NCBI GenBank assembly: GCA_963748625.1
Contig: CAVVJT010000010.1
Location: 928,001-992,000 of the forward strand
Direction: 5' to 3'
DNA from: an uncultured Chloroflexia bacterium
GTDB taxonomy: Bacteria; Chloroflexota; Limnocylindria; Limnocylindrales; CSP1-4
Length of the DNA: 64,000 nt
Positions 1 to 9,088 of this stretch are shown piece by piece. A program made the position numbers and the translations under genes. A model generated the notes under the pieces. It was not told where the DNA came from. It did not search any database and saw nothing but the letters and a program-made list of their open reading frames with translations. Numbering within the stretch: position 1 is the first letter of the stretch; each line of letters opens with the position of its first letter.

Positions 1-190
1 CGGCTGTGGCCGTGTCGAGCGCGGGCTCCACCTCCCGGTCGGCCGGCCAGGTGAGCTCGGCCCGGGCGGACGTTCCCGGCACGTGGTTGACCGTGGCGAT
101 GATGCCCGCGGCGCCCGCCGCGATGCACAGGGCGACCACCACCCAGACCAGCCGGGTGGCGAACCAGCGCAGGATGCCCTTGCCCTTCAC
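1..190 (-). CDS. Partial (5' end) hypothetical membrane-anchored protein, running off the window edge
   Basis: Manual translation from GTG 190: MKGKGILRWFATRLVWVVALCIAAGAAGIIATVNHVPG..., one hydrophobic helix. TACGCT lies 6 nt upstream of the start. Confidence 0.6.
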   Translation of the reverse strand, partial: MKGKGILRWFATRLVWVVVALCIAAGAAGIIATVNHVPGTSARAELTWPADREVEPALDTATA

Positions 191-265
191 GGGCCGAGCG
201 TACCGGGTGCGGAGGCGGCGTGCCCTCCGTGACGTCCCCGCAAGCGCACGGTTCCCGGTCCTGGC

Positions 266-1216
266 TCAGGCTGCCGGGGGCTCCTGGTCCTTGAGCTTCT
301 GCTGGAGGTGCGTCAGCCGGCCCTCCATCGGCGAGGGCTCCCAGCCGAGCCCCGTCCGCACGGCGTCAACCGGGCCGATGTTGTCGAACTTGAGCTGGCG
401 CAGCTGGTCGGTCGCGACCGGGAAGGCCTTGACCTTGAGCGTCTCCATCGTTGCGGCAACGAGCCGGATCAGCGCCACCGGCATCGGGACCAGGGCCCGC
501 TTGCGGCCCATGCCCCGCAGGACCTCCTGCATGATCTCCTTGTAGGTCCAATAGCGAGGCCCGCCCAGCGGATACTCCCGGCCAATCGAGGCGTCGTCAC
601 CCAGGACCTGGACTGCGGCCCGCGCGAGATCCTCGATCGCGAGCGGCTGGAAGCGGGCGTCGCCCTTGCCGGTCACCGGGACCACGCCCGGCGACATGCG
701 CACGAGGTCGGCGAGGATGTTGAAGAACCCGTCCCGCGGCCCGAACAGCAGCGACGGCGCGAGGATCGTCCAGTCAAGCCCGCTCTCGCGCACCAGCGCC
801 ATGCCTTTGGCCTTCGAGCCGCCGTAGTGGAGCGCCGGGTCGTCCACCACCGCGAGCGCGCCGAGGTGGACGAAGCGCCTTACGCCGGCATCGGTGGCGG
901 CCCGCAGGACGTTGCGGGTGCCCTCGGTGTTGACGAGGCGGAGGGTGGCTCCGTTGTCCCAGTCGCGCGCGACAGCGACGAGGTGGAGGACCGCGTCCAC
1001 GCCGGCGACCGCGGCGGGCAGCGTGTCGGGCCGGGTCACATCCCCGTGGCGCACCTTCACCGACACCTGCGCGGCCTCGGGGAGGCGGCGCATGACCTGG
1101 GCCTCGCCCTCGGGATCGCGGACGAGGGCGACGACACGGTGACCCGCATCGACCAGCGCCGGGACCATGTGGCTGCCGACAAAGCCGTTGGCACCTGTGA
1201 CTAGGACGGTCGACAT
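266..1216 (-). CDS. NAD-dependent epimerase/dehydratase (atypical SDR, NDUFA9-like)
   Basis: VLVTGANGFVG Rossmann motif, VNTEGTRNV, YGGSK (YxxxK), FQPLAIEDLA. GAGG RBS before ATG 1216. Confidence 0.88.
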   Translation of the reverse strand: MSTVLVTGANGFVGSHMVPALVDAGHRVVALVRDPEGEAQVMRRLPEAAQVSVKVRHGDVTRPDTLPAAVAGVDAVLHLVAVARDWDNGATLRLVNTEGTRNVLRAATDAGVRRFVHLGALAVVDDPALHYGGSKAKGMALVRESGLDWTILAPSLLFGPRDGFFNILADLVRMSPGVVPVTGKGDARFQPLAIEDLARAAVQVLGDDASIGREYPLGGPRYWTYKEIMQEVLRGMGRKRALVPMPVALIRLVAATMETLKVKAFPVATDQLRQLKFDNIGPVDAVRTGLGWEPSPMEGRLTHLQQKLKDQEPPAA

Positions 1217-1316
1217 CGGATCCTCGCGTGGGTGGCGCGGGCTCGGGAATCGCGCTCTACCGGATGTTCGCAGGTCCAAGTCGCGCGGATGGGTCCGCCC
1301 GACCTACCATCGGCCC

Positions 1317-2379
1317 ATGAGCCAGCTCGATCCGAGGACCCTCCGGGCCCTGACCCGCGCCATGCCCAAGGCGGAGCTCCACCTCCACCTCGACGGGTCG
1401 CTCCGTGTTGACACCGCCCTGGACCTTGCCCGGACGCAGGCGCGTGGAGGCGCCCGTCACCTACGACGCGATGCGCAAGGTGCTGGTCGTACCCCAACAG
1501 GTCACCGACCAGGCCGAGCTGCTCCGCGCCTTCGACCTGCCGATCGCGCTGCTCCAGGATGCCGAGGCGCTGGAGCGCGTTGCGGGCGACCTCGTCGAGG
1601 ACAAGGCCTGCGACAACGTCCGGTACATGGAGATCCGCTGGGCGCCGCTGCTGCACACGCAGAAGGGCCTGTCGGGGCTCGATGTGGTGGATGCGGTCTG
1701 GCGCGGGGCGCACGACGCGGCCCGCCGGCTGGGCGTCGAGGTTCGGCTGATCGCCACCCTCATGCGCTCGCACTCGCCCGAGGCCAACCTTGCGCTGATC
1801 CTGGACCTCAACGGGGAGGGCATCCCCGAGGGGCTCGTGGCTGTGGACCTGGCCGGACCCGAGGAGCGCTACCCCGATGCCGAGCGCCACCGCGCAGCCA
1901 TCGACCTTGCACGCGACCTGGGCCTCCACGTGACGCTGCACGCGGGCGAGTGGGGCGGTGCTGCCCAGGTGAAGGCGGCGCTCGCGCTGGAGCCCGAGCG
2001 GATCGCGCACGGCCCGCTCGCGTTCGACGACCCCGAGCTCGTGGCGGAGCTCAAGCGGCTCGGCACCTGGCTCGACCTGTGCCTGACCTCCAACGTCCAG
2101 GCGAACATCGTGCCGGCCATCGCCGACCACCCGTTGCGCCGCCTGGAGCAGGCGGGGGTCAACGTCACGCTGAACACGGACTCGCTCACCGTCTCCGACG
2201 TCACGCTGTCCGAGGAGTACGCACGCGCCGTCGAGCTCAACGGGATCACGCTGCCCGGGCTGTGGGCCCTGGACCTGGCGGCCCTGGAGGCGGCGTTCTG
2301 CGAAGAGGACGTCCGCGAGGACCTGCTGGAGACCTTCCTCGCCTGGGGTGCCGGGATCCCGGAGCTGCTGCACGGCTGA
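1317..2379 (+). CDS. add: Adenosine/adenine deaminase; single +1 frameshift at ~1437
   Basis: MPKAELHLHLDGS in the frame of ORF 1167, continued in the frame of ORF 1405 with DLAGPE, HAGE, RIAHG, LCLTSN, LNTD. Confidence 0.88.
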
Positions 2380-2400
2380 GCCGGCGGCGAGCGCCAAGCG

Positions 2401-2778
2401 GTGAACCCCCAGTACGTTGCGCTCGCGCTCCTGGTGTTCGCCCTTGTCGCGACGCGCCTGTGGGAGGAGGAGCAGTGGCGGCGTGGCCGCTTCTCCGACC
2501 AGACCGCCGCGATCCTCGTGGTCGGTCGGCTGCCGGTGCTCGCGTTCGGGTTCGCGGTCCTGACGGGCCAGCCCCTGCCCACCGTGCTCGTGATGACGGC
2601 CATCGCGCTGGTGATGGCAGCCGCCGTGTACCCGTTCGTCGTGGGGAGGCGGGCGCCGCACGGCCGGTCGAGGCTAGGCGCCAGGCGGCGCTGCGCGGGA
2701 CCGGCGGGGGCGGGCGCGTCTATGCCCGGGCGAGCTCCTCGAGGGCGGCCGCGAGCTCGACGGCGTCAGCGCAGATGA
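2401..2778 (+). CDS. Small hypothetical membrane protein (~3 TM); the true end may be TAG 2677 if there is a +1 error
   Basis: Hydrophobic ORF directly downstream of add. Its Arg/Gly-rich tail overlaps the convergent HAD gene by 59 bp. Confidence 0.55.
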   Translation: MNPQYVALALLVFALVATRLWEEEQWRRGRFSDQTAAILVVGRLPVLAFGFAVLTGQPLPTVLVMTAIALVMAAAVYPFVVGRRAPHGRSRLGARRRCAGPAGAGASMPGRAPRGRPRARRRQRR

Positions 2779-3564
2779 CCGTCGGCCGGTCGGCCTGCGG
2801 CAGCGCCTCGCCCATCTCGCGCGTCGAGACGCCGGTCAGCATCAGGATCGTCCGGGCTCCCACCGCGTGTCCCGCCGCGATGTCCGTGAGCGCGTCGCCG
2901 ATCATCACGGCCGTCGTGAGGTCGCCACCCACGGCATGCGCCGCCACCTGGAGCAGGTATGGCGCGGGCTTGCCCATGCTCACCAGCGGCGCCTGGCGCG
3001 CGGCCGCCTCGATCGCCGCCACGACGGCACCGGCCCCCGGGCGCAGGCCCCGCTCGGAGCGGATAGACGGGATCTCGATTGGTGGCCAGGAACGACGGCG
3101 CCGGCCCGCACGCAATCCGCGGCTGCGGCAATCCTCAGGTAGGTCAGCTGCGGGTCCAGCCCCACGACCACCGCGTCGGGCGCGCCTGCCGCCACCCAGC
3201 CGTCGATCCCCTCCTGGCCCATCCGCGTGGCAGCGTGGGCGGCGTTGACGACGTCCAGGCCCACCTCGCGCAGCTCGCGCTCGAGGCCGCCGGCTCCCAC
3301 CACCAGCACGCGCCGGACCGCCGGCAGCTCCTCGCGCAGGTAGAGGGCGGACGCGCGGGCGCTCGTCACGACGCGGTCCGGACCCACGGGCGCACCGTGG
3401 CCCGCCAGGCGGGCGGTGTAGTCGCCCCGGTAGAACATCGCGTTGTTGGTGACGTAGACAACATCGTCACCGAGCGCCGCGCGGGCGGCCAGGGCAGCCC
3501 CCACGCCGGGCACTCCCTCGGACGCGCGGTAGACGACACCATCGAGATCCACGAGCAGCAGCAC
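2720..3564 (-). CDS. HAD-IIA family hydrolase (NagD-like); two +1 frameshifts (~3100, ~3060)
   Basis: DLDGVVY, YVTNN, VVVGLD (ORF 2980-3564); FLATNRD (ORF 2766-3131); GKP, MIGDALTDI, LMLTGVS (ORF 2720-3115). Confidence 0.88.
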
Positions 3565-3586
3565 ACGGCGATGCTACCGTCTGCAC
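3565..3586. promoter_or_regulatory. Back-to-back overlapping -10 elements for two divergent leaderless genes
   Basis: Minus strand TAGCAT (3576-3571)-6 nt-GTG 3564. Plus strand TACCGT (3575-3580)-6 nt-ATG 3587. No SD sequence for either gene. Confidence 0.6.
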
Positions 3587-4207
3587 ATGCCTCCGGCCCC
3601 CCGAGCGCTCCTCGACGGCACGCAACGCCTGATCATCGACGGCACCAACCTGCTCCACCGCATGGGTTCGGGTTCAGGCAATGCCGCACCGCCCGCCGCG
3701 ATCGTCGGCCGGATCCGTGCGGTCATCCCCATCGGGGTCGCCATCGACATCGTCTTCGACGGCGCGGGGCACGGTGTGAGCGGGCGCGTCGCCCAGAACA
3801 TGTACGTGCGCTACGCGGGCCGCCGCGTTGCCGACGACACCATCCTGGACCTCACCTCCGAGGCGGTGATGGAGGCGGGCAGCTCGCCCACGGCGGGCCT
3901 GAAGGTCCTCATCGTCACGGACGACCGCGAGCTGCGGGCCCGGATCGCCGCGAAGGGCGCACGCTCGGCGTCCCTCGCCTGGCTGCTGGGCCGCCTGGAC
4001 ATCCCGGTCCTCGCCTCCTCCTCCGTCGCAAACCGAAGGCCTCCGCCCGACAGGGGACGCCCACCCGCCGGGTCCGGATCCGGCGCTCCGGGCCGGGACG
4101 ATGAGGCGCCACGCCAGGGCTGGAAGCCGGGCCGGGGCGCCACCTCCAAGACCGGTCCCGCCCGCAAGGTCGCGCGCCACAAGCGCCACCCTCGCGCCGG
4201 CGCCTGA
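3587..4207 (+). CDS. NYN/YacP-like PIN-fold ribonuclease domain protein with basic C-terminal tail
   Basis: LIIDGTNLLH, IVFDG, ADDTIL, IVTDDRELR acidic PIN motifs. Confidence 0.8.
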   Translation: MPPAPRALLDGTQRLIIDGTNLLHRMGSGSGNAAPPAAIVGRIRAVIPIGVAIDIVFDGAGHGVSGRVAQNMYVRYAGRRVADDTILDLTSEAVMEAGSSPTAGLKVLIVTDDRELRARIAAKGARSASLAWLLGRLDIPVLASSSVANRRPPPDRGRPPAGSGSGAPGRDDEAPRQGWKPGRGATSKTGPARKVARHKRHPRAGA

Positions 4208-4293
4208 CCCCCTCACCAACCCCCGCGCCACGCGCCTGCGCCACGCGCCTGGGCCGCGCGCCAGACCCGGCGCCCGCCTGTTAGCATGCGCGC

Positions 4294-4767
4294 GTGATCA
4301 TCGACACCATCAACCAGTGGATCAACACGCTCCTCGAGGCATCGGCGGCCATCGTGACGCCGGACTGGGCGGCGCTCATCGCGCTGCTGCCCATCCTGCT
4401 GCTGCTGTTCGTCGTCGGGCCGCTGGTCACGCTCATGGTCCTGATGTGGCTCAGGTACCGGGCGCGCAAGCCGCGCACGCGGGTTGCGTTCCGGGAGCTC
4501 CGCCGCCCGGCGGCCCTCGACGAGGCCGGCAGCCCGGTCTTCCCCGTCGGCGAGCCGTACAGCCTGGCCGAAGGGATGATCTACGAGCCTGGAGCCACCC
4601 GCTCCGCATCGGGTGACCCGCTGCTCGTCGCCTGCCCCAAGTGCTCGCTCGCCCGCCCGGCCGAGATCGACATCTGCGGCAACTGCGGTCTCTCGTTCAC
4701 CCTCAAGCCCACCACCCGCTCCGCGCGCCGCGCCACGCCGCCCGCCGGCGGGGCCGCCGCGGCCTGA
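4294..4767 (+). CDS. Hypothetical membrane protein with C-terminal zinc ribbon
   Basis: N-terminal TM segment, CPKC-x10-CGNC. TAGCAT 6 nt before GTG. Confidence 0.7.
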   Translation: MIIDTINQWINTLLEASAAIVTPDWAALIALLPILLLLFVVGPLVTLMVLMWLRYRARKPRTRVAFRELRRPAALDEAGSPVFPVGEPYSLAEGMIYEPGATRSASGDPLLVACPKCSLARPAEIDICGNCGLSFTLKPTTRSARRATPPAGGAAAA

Positions 4768-4865
4768 ACCACTTCCGAGCCTGATCGAGACCGGCGGCTC
4801 CCGCCGGTGATCCCCAGGCCGGCACGGGAACCTCCGGACCGGCCCCAAGCGTCCCGGGAATCCTG

Positions 4866-5804
4866 ATGGCCGAGGCCTCCTCGCTCCTGTTCGTCATCGG
4901 CGTGATCGCCACCGCGCTCGCCTTCGCGGCCCACGTCGGCCACGCGGTGCTGCTCGCCAACGGCCGTCGCGCCGTCGCACTCGCGCCCGTCCGGCAGCCC
5001 GCGCTCGCAGCGCAGGGCGTGACCGGCTCGTTCGTGACGTCGCAGCTCGCCGACGGCAGCCGCGAACCCGCGCTCGCCGCCTCCCCCACCCCGCTGTCCA
5101 GGATCGCGATCGCCCTCGCGCTCACCGCCTTCGGCCTGCTCGTCGGGTCGCTCGTGCTGCGCGGCATCGTCGTGGGGCGCGGTCCGTACGGGAACCTTTA
5201 CGAGTTCAGCGTCGCCTTCGGGGCGTCCATCCTAGGCGGCTACCTGTGGCTCCAGCGCCGGTATGCGATCCGCCAGATCGGCTTCATCCCTGTCGGCGTC
5301 GCGCTGGCGATGCTCCTGTACGCGAGCTCGCTGCCGTCGGACATCGAGGCGCTCGTCCCGGCCCTCCAGTTCCCGGCGATGCTCACGATCCATGTCGGCA
5401 TGGCGGTGATCTCGTACGGCATCTTCGCGACGGCGTTCGCCGCGGGCATCGGGTACCTCGTCCAGGGCACCCAGGACCGGTACGCCTGGCTGCCGTCCCA
5501 CAAGACGCTCGACGAGGTCGCCTACCGCGCGGTGATCATCGCCTTCCCCATCTTCGCGACCATGATCGTGCTGGGCTCCTGGTGGGCGTCGATCGCCTGG
5601 TCGCGCTACTGGGGCTGGGATCCGAAGGAGACGGCCGCGCTCGTGACCTGGCTGACGTACGCGGTCTACCTGCACGCCCGGAACCAGCGGCGGTGGGCTG
5701 GGCGTCCGGCGGCGCTGCTGCTGGTCATCGGGTTCGGCATGGTCCTCGTGACGTACTCGGGGAGCCTCTGGTTCTCCGGGCTGCACGCCTACTCGGGGTT
5801 GTAG
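4866..5804 (+). CDS. ccsB: System II cytochrome c biogenesis protein (CcsB/ResC/CcsA family)
   Basis: WWD domain WWASIAWSRYWGWDPKET, PYGNLYE, TIHV, YLHAR, C-terminal GLHAY. Confidence 0.92.
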   Translation: MAEASSLLFVIGVIATALAFAAHVGHAVLLANGRRAVALAPVRQPALAAQGVTGSFVTSQLADGSREPALAASPTPLSRIAIALALTAFGLLVGSLVLRGIVVGRGPYGNLYEFSVAFGASILGGYLWLQRRYAIRQIGFIPVGVALAMLLYASSLPSDIEALVPALQFPAMLTIHVGMAVISYGIFATAFAAGIGYLVQGTQDRYAWLPSHKTLDEVAYRAVIIAFPIFATMIVLGSWWASIAWSRYWGWDPKETAALVTWLTYAVYLHARNQRRWAGRPAALLLVIGFGMVLVTYSGSLWFSGLHAYSGL

Positions 5805-5963
5805 CGACAGGTTCCCGACCATCGGCACTAGCCTCCGACGCCGCCACGGCCGATCGTGCACCCTAGGCACGCGGGAGGCCGAGACGGATCGTCCAAACCC
5901 CAGGCCGCCGGGACGATCCCGAGCCACTGGCGAGACGGGCCCGCGTGCGGCGGAGGTGCCGCC

Positions 5964-6254
5964 ATGACGCTGCACGCCCCTTCCCACCACCTGCCGACAC
6001 CCCACATCAGCGCGCACGGCCACCGGCTCCTGCGCGACGTGGCCCTGGCCATCGCGCTCGCGGTCGCCGTCGTCCTCGTCTTCGGCGCGGCGCTCACCCT
6101 GCGGCCGGCGATCCCCCAGTTCAGCGTGATCCCGTCCGAGGCATCGTCCATCGTCCAGTTCCGGGCCTCCGAGCGCGACAGCTGGGCTGCCGGGCAGTCC
6201 AGCGAGGGCGCATCGATCGTGGAGTTCCGGGCCGGGGAGCGCTCCGGGCAGTAG
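5964..6254 (+). CDS. Small single-TM hypothetical protein with a duplicated SIVxFRAxER motif
   Basis: GGAGG RBS before ATG 5964; TM helix; SIVQFRASER and SIVEFRAGER. Confidence 0.65.
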   Translation: MTLHAPSHHLPTPHISAHGHRLLRDVALAIALAVAVVLVFGAALTLRPAIPQFSVIPSEASSIVQFRASERDSWAAGQSSEGASIVEFRAGERSGQ

Positions 6255-6331
6255 GTCCGGGGGCTGATCCCTGAACGCGCGTCGGCGTCCGTGTCATTGC
6301 ATGGCGTGAGGATCTGGCCGATCCTTGCGCC

Positions 6332-7048
6332 ATGCTCGACGGCTTGACGCTGAATCCGCTGGACCTGCTCATCGCGATCGGCGTCGTGGTGGGCGGTGCG
6401 GTGCTGCTCTACTTCCTGTGGGGCGAGCTGCGGCACCGCTCCCGACGCTTCGGTGGGGACGACCGCGCGGCCGCCGTGATGATGGGCGGCGTGGTGGTTC
6501 TCCTGGTGGCGCTCTGGCCGAACCTGCTGCCAATGGAGATCGGCCTGCTCGTGCTGTTCGCCGCCCTCGGCGCGATCTACCGGCCCGCGTTGGTGGTCAA
6601 GGCGCTCGGCGGTCCGAGCATCCGCTGGCGTGCTCTGCAGGCAGGCCGGGAGCTCCAGGTCATCGTGGCCGAGCGCGGCGGGCCTGTCGCCGCTGCCGAC
6701 GACACGGAGGTCGCCGGACGGATCGCCGCCCTCACCGATCTCGAGAGTCCGGAGACGCGCGAGTACCTTGCGGCGCTGCGCTCGGTCGTCCTGGCGGACC
6801 CGGGAGCCGATGGGCTGGCGGAGAGGCGGTCCCGCCTGGCCGACGCGGACGGAGCGCTGCGCGAGTCGCTGGGTGCGCGGCCGACGTGGGAGCGCGAGCT
6901 CGAGCGGCGCCTTGCGGCAGCGACGGACCACACCGACGCGGGCGACGCGGGCGACGCGGGCGACGCTGGCGACGTCAACGCGGAGGACGCGGACGGCATC
7001 AACGGCGGCGCGGACGCCGAGTCCCGCGGGGGCCCGGCAGCCTCCTGA
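6332..7048 (+). CDS. Hypothetical membrane protein
   Basis: Three hydrophobic segments, high GC3 codon bias, acidic (DAG)n tail encoded by a 9-bp repeat. Confidence 0.7.
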   Translation: MLDGLTLNPLDLLIAIGVVVGGAVLLYFLWGELRHRSRRFGGDDRAAAVMMGGVVVLLVALWPNLLPMEIGLLVLFAALGAIYRPALVVKALGGPSIRWRALQAGRELQVIVAERGGPVAAADDTEVAGRIAALTDLESPETREYLAALRSVVLADPGADGLAERRSRLADADGALRESLGARPTWERELERRLAAATDHTDAGDAGDAGDAGDVNAEDADGINGGADAESRGGPAAS

Positions 7049-7336
7049 ACATCGGGCGCTCGCGCTCGCGCTCACCACGCCGGCTCTTCATTCTCGGGGT
7101 GCGTGCGCCGGAAGCAATACATCCCCGACCATCCGTCGCCAAGCTGCTCGCGGGGCACCACGACGACGGAGCTGGGGCCTGTCCGGCGGTCATAGGTGCG
7201 GTCGCGATGCGCGGCGGACAACGCTGCGCCTGCACGACCCTGATCTATTGCCGTGGCCGCACGCGATGGCGGGGACCATGCACCGGCACAGCGCCGGCTT
7301 TGCCCGTCGTGAGAACGGGGCCGCATCGAGGCTCGT

Positions 7337-8365
7337 TCAGCGGCGGGCCCGGAAGTCCCAGCGGATCGGACGACCCGCCCACGCATCCTGCGCGAGCAGG
7401 GCGGCGCCCTCCACCGGGTCACGGTCCAGCGAGCGGACGTCTGCGGCCGGAAGCCCCCGCGTGATGGCGTCGCCGAGCGCTCCTGCCAGCCACGGCGACG
7501 TGTCGAGCAGGCCGCCATAGAGGATCACCACCGGCGCCTCGCCCAGGTCCAGGCGTGCTGCCTCCTCGCGGACGGCGGCCTCGACCCGGCCGCACCAGCG
7601 GCGGACCATCCTCGCCGGGTATGGGTCGCCGGCCTGTGCGGCGTCAACCACGGCGGCGCCGAGCCACGCGGCCTCGGGAGCGGGGCGTCGGCCGCGCCAC
7701 GCAAGATCCATCGCCGCGACCTGCGCGGCGAGCTCCGGCCCCACCGTGCCAACCGATGCCGGCAGCGCTCCGGCAGGGTCTGGTTCCCGTCGCGCCGCCC
7801 GGCCGGGTCCCCGCCTCGCGGCCCGGGCCGCCAGGGCGCCCAGGACGTAGCCACCCCCGAAGATCCCGTGCCCGCGGTCCGTCACCCGGCCATCAGCCGC
7901 TCGCCCGATCACGTTGCCGCCCGTGCTGACCGGCACGACGAGACCCACGGCCTCCGGCGTGCCGGCGCGCAGGACCGCGAGCGTGTCGTTGACCACGATG
8001 ATCCGCGACCCGGGCAGGAGCTCATGCAGGGCGGCCTCGAGGGCGTGCGCATGCTCGGGCCGGTCGATGCCGGCACCCGCGACGAACACGAGCGCGGGGT
8101 CCGGGCCAGCGATGATCGCCTCGCGCTCGGCGGCCGCGGGTCCAGCGGCCACGGGTCCAACGGCCGCACCCGCGCCGGCCGCGACCGCCACGGCAGCGAT
8201 CCGCTGCGCCGCAACGGCGAGGCCGTGGCGCTTCGGGTTCGCGCCGTCCGTCTCGGCTCGTCCCAACTGCAGGCCGTCCGGCGTGACCGCGAGGGCGACG
8301 GTCTTGGTCGCGCCCGCGTCCACGCCGACCAATACGGCGGCGGACGAGCGATCGAACAGGAGCAT
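7337..8365 (-). CDS. BadF/BadG/BcrA/BcrD ASKHA ATPase (N-acetylglucosamine kinase-like)
   Basis: VGVDAGATKT, GANP, AGAGID, VVNDT, LYGGL, PVEGAALLA. GATCAT 6 nt before ATG 8365. Confidence 0.8.
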   Translation of the reverse strand: MLLFDRSSAAVLVGVDAGATKTVALAVTPDGLQLGRAETDGANPKRHGLAVAAQRIAAVAVAAGAGAAVGPVAAGPAAAEREAIIAGPDPALVFVAGAGIDRPEHAHALEAALHELLPGSRIIVVNDTLAVLRAGTPEAVGLVVPVSTGGNVIGRAADGRVTDRGHGIFGGGYVLGALAARAARRGPGRAARREPDPAGALPASVGTVGPELAAQVAAMDLAWRGRRPAPEAAWLGAAVVDAAQAGDPYPARMVRRWCGRVEAAVREEAARLDLGEAPVVILYGGLLDTSPWLAGALGDAITRGLPAADVRSLDRDPVEGAALLAQDAWAGRPIRWDFRARR

Positions 8366-8399
8366 GGCGCCATGATCCGGCATCGCCCGTTCTCATACT

Positions 8400-8793
8400 C
8401 GCGCCAGGTGGGACCTGACCGCCGCCGCCGCGACCCGACTCGCCATACGCCCACCAGGCGCGAGCCAGCCGCCGAATCCGTCCGCCCAGCAGCCGGTCCA
8501 GCTCCGCCCCCTCCCACGACGCCGTGATCGACACCGCCACCCCATGCGAATCTGACAAGAACGACATCGCCCGCACCGGGCCCGACGGCGCACGCAGCCA
8601 CGCCGCCATCGAGCGCCCGTCCACCATCGGCCACCGCGAGGAGCGTCCCGACGGGCACTCCATCGAGCGTCCCGCGCTCGATCCGCGAGACCGTGGACCC
8701 CGACACGCCCGCCACAGAACCAACATCGTCCTGGCGCAGCCGCTTGCGCACCCGCACCGCCCGGAACGCCCGGCCCAACCGTTTCGCATCCAT
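8400..8793 (-). pseudogene. Degenerate/rearranged XRE helix-turn-helix protein gene
   Basis: MDAKRLGRAFRAVRVRKRLRQDDVGSVAGVSGSTVSRIERG is a clear XRE HTH. The apparent continuation (ASWEGAELDRLLG) is in another frame after an intervening segment and then decays. Confidence 0.65.
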
Positions 8794-8817
8794 GCGCCGC
8801 GGCATCGCGCACGCCGC

Positions 8818-8860
8818 TTACGCGCCACTCAACGCGACGCTACAATAGAACGCCCGTTCT
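8818..8860 (+). promoter_or_regulatory. Putative sigma70-type promoter with an adjacent LexA (SOS) box
   Basis: TTACGC (8818)-17 nt-TACAAT (8841-8846), immediately followed by the palindrome AGAAC-GCCC-GTTCT (8847-8860), matching the Gram-positive/Chloroflexi GAAC-N4-GTTC box. Confidence 0.65.
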
Positions 8861-8954
8861 GTGGACAAGCCACGTCGGGACCGTGGAGAACCACCGGCAA
8901 CGCGTGCACAACCCGCCGCCCGCGCGTGGACAACCGATGCCCGAGCGTGGACGA
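8860..8954. promoter_or_regulatory. Array of five co-oriented DnaA-box-like 9-mers phased at 21-22 bp
   Basis: TGTGGACAA 8860 (reverse complement TTGTCCACA), CGTGGAGAA 8882, CGTGCACAA 8903, CGTGGACAA 8925, CGTGGACGA 8946. Confidence 0.7.
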
Positions 8955-9002
8955 CAAGCCCCTGGGCGGGGGCCGGCGGATCGAGGCCGCCCGACGCCCC
9001 GA

Positions 9003-9051
9003 TTACCACATGTTGCGATGCGAACTACCCATGCACCACTACATCTTGTGG
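9003..9051. promoter_or_regulatory. Tandem NrdR boxes
   Basis: ttaCcAcATgTtGcga (9003-9018) and ccaCtAcATcTtGtgg (9036-9051) match acaCwAtATaTwGtgt, 33 bp apart, upstream of an RNR gene. Confidence 0.85.
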
Positions 9052-9059
9052 TTTAGGGC

Positions 9060-9088
9060 TTGACCCGCGCCAGTCCGAGTCGTACAGT
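9060..9088 (+). promoter_or_regulatory. sigma70-type promoter of nrdJ
   Basis: TTGACC (9060-9065)-17 nt-TACAGT (9083-9088), adjacent to the NrdR boxes. Confidence 0.75.

Noticed and set aside
7049-7336. Unannotated 290-bp gap between convergent genes as an ncRNA or small ORF
   Set aside because: No convincing ORF, repeat or recognisable RNA motif by eye.
8860-8954. Replication origin
   Set aside because: No AT-rich unwinding element and no dnaA/dnaN or rep/par genes nearby; a regulatory DnaA array fits better.
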